Source: Candidatus Bathyarchaeia archaeon
GTDB taxonomy: Archaea; Thermoproteota; Bathyarchaeia; Bathyarchaeales; Bathycorpusculaceae
DNA length: 61,976 nt
Assembly (NCBI GenBank): GCA_038883715.1
Contig: JAVZLS010000008.1
Span: 1-61,976 of the forward strand
Direction of reading: 5' to 3'
A program made the position numbers and the translations under genes. Every line of letters starts with the position of its first letter. The stretch's first letter is position 1. Shown piece after piece: positions 39,704 through 48,422 of the stretch. The notes below the pieces were generated by a model that was not told where the DNA came from, ran no database searches, and worked only from the letters and a program-made list of their open reading frames with translations.

Positions 39704-40143
39704 ACGAAGTTGAAGCCGAAGCCAAACCTGCCCGTCGGAAAACCCTTGTCAAAATTGTCAAAGCAGCGGTTATAACAGCCATTTACGGGGTAATCTGGCT
39801 TATTATTTGGCTTTTACTTTCACATTTCTTGGGACTGGTTTTCCAGCAGTTTTCAACATTGTATTGGATTTTGGCTTATGTTTCACTTTTCTTCTCCTTC
39901 GCTATACGAGTAAGCGAAGGCACCATTTGCAAATACATTCTTATTATCTTAAGGTCCTTCTTCATAATAGTCTATATTGCATATTCAACAAACTTTGGCG
40001 TCTTCACAATAAATCTTGAAGGCTTCACTTTCACTATAGAGTTTATCCCTTTGCTGGCAATAATGGTTGCAATAAACCTCCTATCAATTGCTAGTGAAGT
40101 TATCCAAGCCATAGAATTTGTAGCCCAAACCCCAGAAGATTAG
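39688..40143 (+). CDS. Four-TM hypothetical membrane protein
   Basis: Four hydrophobic segments; ATGA overlap with the upstream gene (likely start 39700). Confidence 0.7.
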   Translation: MGVFMNEVEAEAKPARRKTLVKIVKAAVITAIYGVIWLIIWLLLSHFLGLVFQQFSTLYWILAYVSLFFSFAIRVSEGTICKYILIILRSFFIIVYIAYSTNFGVFTINLEGFTFTIEFIPLLAIMVAINLLSIASEVIQAIEFVAQTPED

Positions 40144-40200
40144 CGCCTACGGACTCACATAATCTTATTTACTTCTTTAACGGTTTTTAGCAAGGAGAAC

Positions 40201-41592
40201 ATGGAAAAGCTGCTCAAGTCTCTAGAACTTGCTGCCCTCACAATTACTATTTTATCAGTTCTGTGCCTGTCAGCTATGGCAGAAAACATTGAATACGCTG
40301 TGACGGCACAAGATTTTAGCCTATTAAAATATGATGTGAAGGAGGTCTTTGTAGGCGAGCTTAAACATGTGATTAGAATCACAAACCCAACGAATAGGAT
40401 GGCGACTGGCGTAAATCTTTACGTTCCCATCGTTAGGAATGAAACCGCACGCCACTATGCAATCTTATACAACGTTAAGCCGACAAGCGGATACAATCTT
40501 TTGGCGGATGATTCTGGAAACATTTACATATACTGGAAGAACTTTGCGATTCAACCAAGTCAAACTTTCACGGTGGAGCTTGATTATCGCGTTCTTTCTT
40601 TCAGCTTAACTTATACTGTTAACTCGAGTATGATAGGAAGCTATAACGAAAGTTCGGAGCTTTATATAAAATATACTCAGCCAGAAGAGCTCATAGAATC
40701 GGACCATGAGAAAATTGTTGGCAAGGCGCAGGAGATAACGCAAGGTATAGAAGACCCTTTTGTGAAGGCTCGTTTAATCTATAATTTTGTAGTTGGTTAT
40801 CTGCGGTATGAAATACAGAACGAAGAAAGAGGCGCACTATGGGCTTTAGAAAATGGTATAGGAGACTGCTCTGAATACTCCTACTTGTTTGTTGCCTTAT
40901 GTAGGGCCGCTGGAATTCCAGCAAGGATTCAAGCTGGTTTCGCCTTCCATTATGCTGGACAAGTTTTGGAAGATGGGCACATGTGGGCTGAATATTATCT
41001 TGAAAATTATGGTTGGATGCCCGCGGACGCCACATGGCAGCTCTTCAACACCATAGACAGCAAGCACTTTAGCTCTATTAGAAGCATGCCAGAAGTCATA
41101 CCATACGCTAATTACTTTATTAATGGCACAGACGCTTCAAGGCTTATTGATGGGCAAACGGTTCAGTTGGCGTCTCTCCAGCTAAGCGCATTCAGTGACT
41201 ACACTTTTGCTCAGAACGTTGCAACAGCCGTTCAAAGGATTAAAGAGGCGGAGATAGCCATTTCCATCGGGAGGTTTTCCGGAGTATCCATCATTTTCTC
41301 TTCTGAAATGCGAGAAATTGAGCAAAGGCTTCTAAACACGAAAATCGTTATTCAAAACGCCATAGACGCATGGGAGACATCCACCCAAATCGCGAATTCA
41401 AACGCCTTCCTAGCCCTTGAAAATGCCGAGAAAGCCTTACAAGATGCTTGGATGCTCGTCTTCAAAGCCTTCGCCCTATACATGGGTATCCTTGTCTTGT
41501 TAATGCTTATTTTACTAGCCTCTGTTAGACGCCCCAGAAAGGGTTTATCTGAAAGGGCTGACGCAAGCCATATAGCCGCAAACAGCCAGTAA
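40201..41592 (+). CDS. Secreted/membrane-anchored transglutaminase-like protein
   Basis: Signal peptide; GDCSEYS..VALCRAAGIPAR; HMWAEYY; WMPADAT (C-H-D triad); C-terminal TM. Confidence 0.9.
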   Translation: MEKLLKSLELAALTITILSVLCLSAMAENIEYAVTAQDFSLLKYDVKEVFVGELKHVIRITNPTNRMATGVNLYVPIVRNETARHYAILYNVKPTSGYNLLADDSGNIYIYWKNFAIQPSQTFTVELDYRVLSFSLTYTVNSSMIGSYNESSELYIKYTQPEELIESDHEKIVGKAQEITQGIEDPFVKARLIYNFVVGYLRYEIQNEERGALWALENGIGDCSEYSYLFVALCRAAGIPARIQAGFAFHYAGQVLEDGHMWAEYYLENYGWMPADATWQLFNTIDSKHFSSIRSMPEVIPYANYFINGTDASRLIDGQTVQLASLQLSAFSDYTFAQNVATAVQRIKEAEIAISIGRFSGVSIIFSSEMREIEQRLLNTKIVIQNAIDAWETSTQIANSNAFLALENAEKALQDAWMLVFKAFALYMGILVLLMLILLASVRRPRKGLSERADASHIAANSQ

Positions 41593-41614
41593 ACATTAGT
41601 GTAAGTGGGCTTGG

Positions 41615-42838
41615 ATGCAGAAGTCTTATTCAAGATTGTTGGGGATTGTTGGAAAACCTAACACTGGAAAATCAACATTCTTCAGCGCTGCAACCCTCGC
41701 ACCGGCTGAAATTGCAAACTACCCCTTCACAACAATAAAGCCCAACAGAGGCGTGGGTTACGTGAGAACACCATGCGTCTGCAAAGAGTTTGGGGTTAAA
41801 GACACGCCTGTTAACTCCCTATGCCTTGATGGTATTCGCCTAATTCCAGTCGAATTCATTGACTGTGCTGGGCTCGTTCCGGGCGCATGGCAAGGGAGAG
41901 GTTTGGGCAACCAGTTCCTGGATGAGATAAGGAAGGCTGACGTGCTAATCCACATCGTGGACGCTTCTGGCGGAACAGACTCTGAGGGAAGAATATGCAA
42001 ACCCGGTGAACACGACCCCGTTGAGGATGTCAAGTTTCTCGAGCATGAAATAACCATGTGGATGGCCAACATCTTAAAAAGGGATTGGCCAAAAATTGCC
42101 AGAACAGCCGAATCCGGTTCAACAGACCTACTCTCAATTTTGGAGGAAAGACTCAGCGGCTTAGCCATCAGAAGAGCCCACATTTTCGAAGCCATCAGAA
42201 GGACCGGTTTAAATGCGGATAAGCCAACAAGCTGGAGCGAGGAGGACTATCTAAGGTTTATAGCCACTTTGAGGCAAATTGCAAAGCCGATGTTGATAGC
42301 GGCAAACAAGATAGACGTACCCACAGCCGAAGAAAACCTTGAAAGACTCAAAAAACTGAACTATATAGTTGTTCCATGCTGCGCCGAAGCCGAACTAGCA
42401 TTGCGGAGGGCCACCGAGAAAAAACTCATAGATTATAGGCCAGGCGACTGCAGCTTCAAAATCAACAATCCAGAAAAGCTTACTGAAAGCCAGCTTAAAG
42501 CCCTAGAAACAATTAGGGAGAAGGTTTTGCTGAAATTCGGCTCAACGGGCGTTCAAGAAGCCATAAACATGGCATACTTCAAACTTCTAAACATGATTAC
42601 AGTTTATCCAGTCGAGGATTTGGAGCACCTATCTGACCATCATGGTAGAGTTTTGCCAGACGCCTACCTAGTGCCTTATGGGACGACAGCCCGTGAACTC
42701 GCCTACCTAATCCACACAGAACTCGGCGAAAGCTTCATCTACGCCATAGAAGCCAGAGAAAGAAAACGCGTAGGGGAAGACTACATACTCAAGGATAGGG
42801 ATGTCATTTCAATAGTCAGTGCCAAAAAAAGAGCATAA
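41615..42838 (+). CDS. ychF: OBG-family translation-associated NTPase (archaeal YchF-like)
   Basis: GKPNTGKST; NYPFTTI; DCAGLVPGA; ANKID; TGS domain. Confidence 0.9.
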   Translation: MQKSYSRLLGIVGKPNTGKSTFFSAATLAPAEIANYPFTTIKPNRGVGYVRTPCVCKEFGVKDTPVNSLCLDGIRLIPVEFIDCAGLVPGAWQGRGLGNQFLDEIRKADVLIHIVDASGGTDSEGRICKPGEHDPVEDVKFLEHEITMWMANILKRDWPKIARTAESGSTDLLSILEERLSGLAIRRAHIFEAIRRTGLNADKPTSWSEEDYLRFIATLRQIAKPMLIAANKIDVPTAEENLERLKKLNYIVVPCCAEAELALRRATEKKLIDYRPGDCSFKINNPEKLTESQLKALETIREKVLLKFGSTGVQEAINMAYFKLLNMITVYPVEDLEHLSDHHGRVLPDAYLVPYGTTARELAYLIHTELGESFIYAIEARERKRVGEDYILKDRDVISIVSAKKRA

Positions 42839-42845
42839 TCACGTG

Positions 42846-43628
42846 CTAGGCGCCGAAACGCCTCTTCCGCTTCTGGAAAGTTCTAACAGCCCTTAAAAGG
42901 TCGATTAGGCGGAAGTCTGGCCAATACACATCTAGGAAGCATAGCTCGCTGTAGGCGGACTGCCACAACAAGAAACCGCTTAGTCTTTCCTCTCCAGATG
43001 TCCTTATAATCAAGTCTGGGTCTTGTTTTGGCAGGTGTGAAGTGTAAAGGTGCTGCTCGAACAGTTCTTCGTCGACTTCTTCTGGGGCTAACTCTTTTTT
43101 CTGAACTTTTTCAGCGATTTTCTTTGCGGCATCCACTATTTCGGCTCTCCCGCCATAGGCGAAGGCTATGTTCAGAAAATGCTTATCATAATTTTGGGTG
43201 GCTTTCTCCACGTCGGCTATAATTTTCTGCAGATTCTCTGGGAGCAAGTTTGTTCTTCCAATAACCTTAACCCGAACCTTGTTCTTGTGGATTCTTTCAT
43301 CTGTTAGGATTTTTTGAAGTTTTTCGGAAGCAATGCGCATAATTTCCTCAACTTCTTTTCTCGGACGGCGGAAGTTCTCTGTTGAAAAAGCGTACAATGT
43401 TATGGACTTAACATTAAGTTTTAAACACCATTCGAGGAGACTCTCAACCTTTTCGGCTCCTTCCTTGTGGCCGTACCATGAGTCAAGGTCTTTCTCCGAA
43501 GCCCACCGCCTATTCCCGTCCAAGATTACGGCGATGTGTTCCGGCTTAACATCACTTTTAACTTGGTGCCAAAGCCACTTCTCATAAAGCTTATAGGCGC
43601 CAATAGCTGAAAGTAAAGACCTCAGCAT
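42846..43628 (-). CDS. uppS: Polyprenyl (cis) diphosphate synthase
   Basis: HIAVILDGNRRWA; YAFSTENF; YGGRAEI; IIRTSGEERLSGFLLWQ. Confidence 0.96.
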   Translation of the reverse strand: MLRSLLSAIGAYKLYEKWLWHQVKSDVKPEHIAVILDGNRRWASEKDLDSWYGHKEGAEKVESLLEWCLKLNVKSITLYAFSTENFRRPRKEVEEIMRIASEKLQKILTDERIHKNKVRVKVIGRTNLLPENLQKIIADVEKATQNYDKHFLNIAFAYGGRAEIVDAAKKIAEKVQKKELAPEEVDEELFEQHLYTSHLPKQDPDLIIRTSGEERLSGFLLWQSAYSELCFLDVYWPDFRLIDLLRAVRTFQKRKRRFGA

Positions 43629-44426
43629 CTATTTGAGCCTCGCATTTTTAAGCGCGTCCACGCATGGGCAACTTTTTCGCTCAACTGGTAAAGCCTTAAC
43701 GGTCTCAATTAAAAGTTGCTCTATTTTAGGCTGAACCTTCCGTGAGATGTCAAAAACCTCTTTTGGTGTTAAGCGCTCCTGCATGCCCGCCGCCATATTA
43801 GAAACAAAACAGACGCATGCATAACAAATTTCAAGCTCCCGAGCAAGCACAGCCTCCGGCAAGCCAGTCATGCCAACAATATCGAAGCCCAAGCACCTAA
43901 ACATTTCAATTTCAGCGGGAGTTTCAAAACGCGGCCCCTCAGTGCAAACAAGAACCGCTTTAGAACAAATAGTCAAACCAAGCTTTTCGGCGGTTTTAAT
44001 CAGGGTTTCGCGAATTTCTGGGCAGTAGGGTTGAGAGGCATCAATGTGGGTAACTGGGGCTTCATCATAAAAAGTTGTTGGACGCGTCTTGGTAAAGTCT
44101 ACAAAATCATGGGGAACAACAATGTCACCAGGCTTTAAGCTCTTGTTTACTGCGCCAACAGCGTTAACGGCTATGATTCTTTCCACACCCGCCTTATGTA
44201 ACGCATAGATGTTTGCCCTATAATTCACCTTGTGCGGAGGAACTGAATGCTCAAGACCATGCCTAGGAAGAAAAGCTACGTCTTTGCCGCCAATTTCCCC
44301 AACAAATAACGGTGGAGGAACACCATAAGGAGTTCCAAGGATAACCTTTTCAAAGTTTGCGAAAAGATTCTCGAATCCCGTCCCGCCAATAACTGCAATT
44401 TCAGCTTTCTTCTTTAAGCTCTTCAA
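43629..44426 (-). CDS. mtnP: Methylthioadenosine/purine nucleoside phosphorylase
   Basis: IGGTG; FLPRHG..H..PPHKVNYRANI; EGPRFETPAE; VGMTGLPEA. Confidence 0.9.
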   Translation of the reverse strand: MKSLKKKAEIAVIGGTGFENLFANFEKVILGTPYGVPPPLFVGEIGGKDVAFLPRHGLEHSVPPHKVNYRANIYALHKAGVERIIAVNAVGAVNKSLKPGDIVVPHDFVDFTKTRPTTFYDEAPVTHIDASQPYCPEIRETLIKTAEKLGLTICSKAVLVCTEGPRFETPAEIEMFRCLGFDIVGMTGLPEAVLARELEICYACVCFVSNMAAGMQERLTPKEVFDISRKVQPKIEQLLIETVKALPVERKSCPCVDALKNARLK

Positions 44427-45588
44427 CCTTTTCTTCAGACTCCTTGAAAAATCCTTTTGCAGACCTGTGAATTACAACAATAATAAGCAGTGAGGCAACA
44501 CTCAACAAAATGCCAATAACAATTGAGAATATTAAAACTTCATAGCCAATCTTCGGATTTATCAGAATGTTGGAGGCGGATTCAAAGATTTGCCTAGTCC
44601 ACCCAACAAGGACTATTAGGGCTGCATTGCGCAAAAGCCTCGCGTCCCTTTCAAAGTACCAGCGGATAGCCCTCCCAGCTAACGCTACACAAACCCCAAT
44701 AATTACGAGGTCTTTTGAATCCATAATAAAGTAGCCTGCAATTTGCGGTGAAAAGATGTTCAACCAATTGGACAAATCTATGCCAAGAGATGCTATTGCC
44801 TCAGAAGCCGAAGTATATCCCAGATAAAAGCCTATAGCCATACACAATATGCCTGCAAGCATGGCGAACGCGGAAATCTGCACTGGGAGGGGTGGCGGAG
44901 AATACTCCTTCACCCAAATATAGGCTTTCTTAAGCATCTTGTCAACGCCGAAGCCCCTGACGAACATATATGTTCCCAGAACGATTATGAAAGTCATTAA
45001 GTAGTAGTGGACTAAGCCGAATATGGCTAGAATGCCCAAAATTAGGAATAAGAGTCCTGGCAAGCCCAAGGCTATGCGGGAGTATCTGGGGTTTTCCAAA
45101 ATCATTTTGAAATATTTTGAAAATAGGGCTGCTGTTTCCTCTATGGATTCGCTGTGCTTAACAACTATTCTTCTCACGGACGAGACTGGAACCCTTGACT
45201 CTATTAGGGGTAGTACTGCCTCGTCCGAATAGCCGTCCGTTACGAGAATAACCTCATTTGCCGGGAAAGTCTTCAGAACTTCACCTAATTCGGCAACGAT
45301 TTTTCTGTCGGCACTGATGCTTCCAAGCTCTGAGCCGGATACTGTTGCGACTTCAAAGACTTCGTTTGGGTTGTTCTCGCTGAGGAGGCGGTCATAAACG
45401 CGTATGGCTTCAAACATGGCGTTGGCATCGGGCTCTTCAGGGTCTTTTAGGGCTAGGGAAACAGCGGCATTAAGGTTTTTGTCCCTTCCAATTAGTGGTG
45501 TTTTTATTTCTGCTTTTGTCGTTAGGTCTCCGTCTCTGTCAACGCAGAGAATTAGAATTCTCTTTTGTGCCTGCTCCTGTTCAGTCAT
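44401..45588 (-). CDS. DUF373 family membrane protein
   Basis: LILCVDRDGDL; DPEEPDAN; VTDGYSDE; RIVVKHS; C-terminal TMs. Confidence 0.9.
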   Translation of the reverse strand: MTEQEQAQKRILILCVDRDGDLTTKAEIKTPLIGRDKNLNAAVSLALKDPEEPDANAMFEAIRVYDRLLSENNPNEVFEVATVSGSELGSISADRKIVAELGEVLKTFPANEVILVTDGYSDEAVLPLIESRVPVSSVRRIVVKHSESIEETAALFSKYFKMILENPRYSRIALGLPGLLFLILGILAIFGLVHYYLMTFIIVLGTYMFVRGFGVDKMLKKAYIWVKEYSPPPLPVQISAFAMLAGILCMAIGFYLGYTSASEAIASLGIDLSNWLNIFSPQIAGYFIMDSKDLVIIGVCVALAGRAIRWYFERDARLLRNAALIVLVGWTRQIFESASNILINPKIGYEVLIFSIVIGILLSVASLLIIVVIHRSAKGFFKESEEKVEELKEES

Positions 45589-45631
45589 CTGTTCTCTTCC
45601 AATTCAATATTCATGTGAAGTTACTTTAAGT

Positions 45632-46498
45632 TTATGCTAATCCTTTTTCGGCTAAAACTTTAAATTCTTCCCAAGTCAGCTTTTCGCCACGCCTCAGCTT
45701 TTCAAGGGCTTGCTTTTCTACGCTTTCTAAGAGCTTTTCTTCGGCTTCCTTTCGCTTTTTCTCCTCTTCAGCGGAAAATTCCTCTTTAAAACTTCTAATT
45801 TCATCCATGATTTTCGTTATTTCCGTTTGAAGGGCTTTCATCTTCTCCCTTGTTTGAAGGTAGCACCTATGAAAATGGTCAGCCTCATCTTTGATTTTCT
45901 TGGCTTCTTCAACTTTTTTCAATATTTCCGCGTGGATTTGTTGGCTTTTCTCTGCATTTTCCATAATGGTTTTGTGGCAGAGCTCAACTCTCGCTTGAAG
46001 TGCCTTAACTTCAGCCTTTAATTCAATTCTTTTCTGGTTTAGCTGCTCGATTTTCTTGTGGATGCTGATTTGGCTTTCCAGCTCCTTAACCTGTTCAACT
46101 AATTTTTTCTCCTCCTGTAGGTTTAAGGACGTCGTTTGGATTTTCCATTCGAGGCTTTCAACATCCTTTTCTAAGGTTTTGAGGCTCCTTTTCGGCTTCT
46201 TTTTCGTGAGAGGCTCAAGTTCTCTCCTTAAACTTTTAAGCTCTGTGATTTTTTGGGCTATTTCCGCTCTGATTTGGCTTCTCTGCTTTTTTAACTCCTT
46301 AACCTTCTCGTTTATCTCGTCCCTTGTGTTTTTCAGTCTTAAAATTTCGCTGCGCAGGTTCTTTAACTCTTGGTTAAGCGTGTCTCTTTTTTCCGCATAA
46401 TTCCTAGCTTCGGCTTCCAAAGCGCTTTTCTGCCCTTTTAAAACGGAGAGTTTTTCGTTTAATTCCTTAATTTTTTGTGTTTTTTCGCCTTGTGGCAA
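45632..46498 (-). CDS. Archaeal coiled-coil protein (COG1340-like)
   Basis: Long heptad K/E-rich helix; LEWKIQT; EKLRRGEKLTWEEF. Confidence 0.85.
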   Translation of the reverse strand: MPQGEKTQKIKELNEKLSVLKGQKSALEAEARNYAEKRDTLNQELKNLRSEILRLKNTRDEINEKVKELKKQRSQIRAEIAQKITELKSLRRELEPLTKKKPKRSLKTLEKDVESLEWKIQTTSLNLQEEKKLVEQVKELESQISIHKKIEQLNQKRIELKAEVKALQARVELCHKTIMENAEKSQQIHAEILKKVEEAKKIKDEADHFHRCYLQTREKMKALQTEITKIMDEIRSFKEEFSAEEEKKRKEAEEKLLESVEKQALEKLRRGEKLTWEEFKVLAEKGLA

Positions 46499-47273
46499 TA
46501 GGGTTTCTCCTTTTCTGCCTCATCCATTCGAGGATCTGTCGGATTAATTTTGTTCCCTCTTCTGAAGAGAATAGTGGTAAATTCCAGTTTTCAGTTATCT
46601 CCCAGCGGGTGACGCCCTGTTTTGCGGTTCTTTTTTGATAAGGCTTTTTGTGTATTAATATGCCTCTTCTCTGCCACTGGGGAGTTTTAGCCAAATTTAT
46701 TCCATGCTTAAAGAGGAGTTCGTGGAGTTCCTCTGTTTTCATGCCCTTCAATTTTTTGGCTGTTTCTGATGGCTTGTAGCCCATTTTTCTTAAAAGCCAG
46801 TAGGCATAAGCGTTATTGTGGTTTCTCCAAGCGTTTGTCTGCCTCCAAACCAAATACTCCGATATTTTTTCATCGTTAGGAGCGACAATTATGCGGGAGT
46901 CGAAGGCTGCAACAACCCTTTCGCCGAAAAACTCTTGCAGTTGGATGGAGAATGCCGCCGAGACAAGGCTTGGTATAACCGAGTCTATTTTTTCTATTCT
47001 GCCGTTAAATGGCACCTCACTATCAAAAAGTATGTTTAATTCGTCGCTGACAACATAAACCAGGGTTGGGCTAAACCCCTTTCCGAACAGGGCTTTGCCA
47101 GAATTAACAAGGCACTGTGCAAACCTTTCGTCGAAGGGTTTTTCTGCACCAATGGCGTCAGCGAGTGCTCGAAATTTCCATCCGTCAAGTCTTAGGAAAA
47201 AGGGTGTTTCCAGCGGAACAGTGGTTTTTGAGAAAATTTCGCTTTTAGACCAGCCTTTAAAACCTTCAGCCAT
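46467..47273 (-). CDS. tRNA(His) guanylyltransferase Thg1-like protein (3'-5' polymerase)
   Basis: LRLDGWKF; KPFD; VSDELNI; GRIEKIDS; FDSR; WRQ..AWRN; WQRRG. Confidence 0.93.
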   Translation of the reverse strand: MAEGFKGWSKSEIFSKTTVPLETPFFLRLDGWKFRALADAIGAEKPFDERFAQCLVNSGKALFGKGFSPTLVYVVSDELNILFDSEVPFNGRIEKIDSVIPSLVSAAFSIQLQEFFGERVVAAFDSRIIVAPNDEKISEYLVWRQTNAWRNHNNAYAYWLLRKMGYKPSETAKKLKGMKTEELHELLFKHGINLAKTPQWQRRGILIHKKPYQKRTAKQGVTRWEITENWNLPLFSSEEGTKLIRQILEWMRQKRRNPIATRRKNTKN

Positions 47274-47297
47274 CCCATTTAACCTTTGTAGGCGTTA

Positions 47298-47993
47298 TTA
47301 TTCTAGGATTATTCTTGCATCCACTGTTTTTGCTCCTTTCTCATAAACCATTATTGGGTTTAAGTCCAGCTCCTTAATTTCTGGATGTTCTGAAACAAGC
47401 CTAGAAGTTTTTAAGAGAATCTGCACTATGGCGTTTATATCTGCTGGCGGCATCCCCCTATAACCCTTCAAGAGCGGGTAAGTCTTAACCTCGCTAATCA
47501 TTTCTTGAGCTTCTTCCTCTGTTATCGGCACAATTCTGAAGGTGACATCCTTCAAAACTTCCACGAAGACCCCTCCAAGCCCAAACATCAAGGCATGACC
47601 AAACTGGGGGTCTTTGATGGCTCCAACAATGACTTCTGTTGATGGGGGCGCCATCTCCTGCACGAGCACACCCAAAATCTTCGCGTCCTTCTTGTGCGCT
47701 TTCACGTTTTCCATTACTTGTTTGTAGGCTTTTCGCACTTCCCTAGCATTTTTAAGGTTAAGCATAACCCCTCCAACGTCAGACTTATGAAGGATGTCTG
47801 GCGAAACAATCTTTAAAACAACTGGATAACCTATCTCCTCTGCAAACTTGACGGCTTCAGCTTCGCTTTTTGCCAATCTAAACTGGGTAACTGGAATGCC
47901 ATACTCCATGCAAACACTTTTAGCTTCCATCTCCAACAAGTGTTTCCTTCCGGATTTGCGAACCTCTTCGAATATGCTTTTCACTTTGCTCAT
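47298..47993 (-). CDS. ADP-forming acetate/acyl-CoA ligase, beta (ATP-grasp) subunit
   Basis: GYPVVLKIVSPDILHKSDVGGV; DPQFG; FGLGGVFVE; ELDLNP; VDARI. Confidence 0.93.
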   Translation of the reverse strand: MSKVKSIFEEVRKSGRKHLLEMEAKSVCMEYGIPVTQFRLAKSEAEAVKFAEEIGYPVVLKIVSPDILHKSDVGGVMLNLKNAREVRKAYKQVMENVKAHKKDAKILGVLVQEMAPPSTEVIVGAIKDPQFGHALMFGLGGVFVEVLKDVTFRIVPITEEEAQEMISEVKTYPLLKGYRGMPPADINAIVQILLKTSRLVSEHPEIKELDLNPIMVYEKGAKTVDARIILE

Positions 47994-48053
47994 GCTGTCT
48001 CAGCCCTTATGAATCGTACAGTTTAGTTGTTTTCCAAAATTAAATCCTTTGGT

Positions 48054-48185
48054 TCAACGTTTTCGCCATATGTTGTATGGACACTGGTTCCAACAGTAAC
48101 GGCTACCCTTATACTCACAGTTTTTACACTCCGGCATGTCAAAAAGTCTAGGCTTTCTGCTTCCGCCAGAATCACCTTTAGACAA
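48054..48185 (-). CDS. Putative 4-Cys micro-protein (below ORF-track cutoff)
   Basis: Manual translation from TTG 48185: MSKGDSGGSRKPRLFDMPECKNCEYKGSRYCWNQCPYNIWRKR*; alternative ATG at 48137 gives 27 aa. Confidence 0.5.
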   Translation of the reverse strand: MSKGDSGGSRKPRLFDMPECKNCEYKGSRYCWNQCPYNIWRKR

Positions 48186-48227
48186 AGGTTTCTCCAAAAA
48201 ACTATAGTTTTTGAAAGTTAAAAGTGT

Positions 48228-48305
48228 TGGTGGGGCTGCCCGGATTTGAACCGGGGTCCCGAGCGCCCGAGGCTCAGAGCCTAGACCAAGCTAGCCGACA
48301 GCCCC
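48228..48305 (-). tRNA. tRNA-Pro (CGG)
   Basis: Reverse complement GGGGCTGTCGGCTAGCTTGGTCTAGGCTCTGAGCCTCGGGCGCTCGGGACCCCGGTTCAAATCCGGGCAGCCCCACCA; anticodon CGG; CCA encoded. Confidence 0.96.
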
Positions 48306-48422
48306 TTTGGTTTACGTTGCCCATTTTTAGTTTTGTATAGGTTTAATAAAGGTGTTTTCTTAACCTTTAAACCCTTATCCGGGCTATAACTATCCAAGTG
48401 TTAGGGGGAGGCGTGGAAGACT

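Noticed and set aside
48027-48221. 64-aa plus-strand ORF from the track
   Set aside because: No motifs and opposite to both neighbours; the minus-strand Cys-rich micro-ORF is more protein-like.
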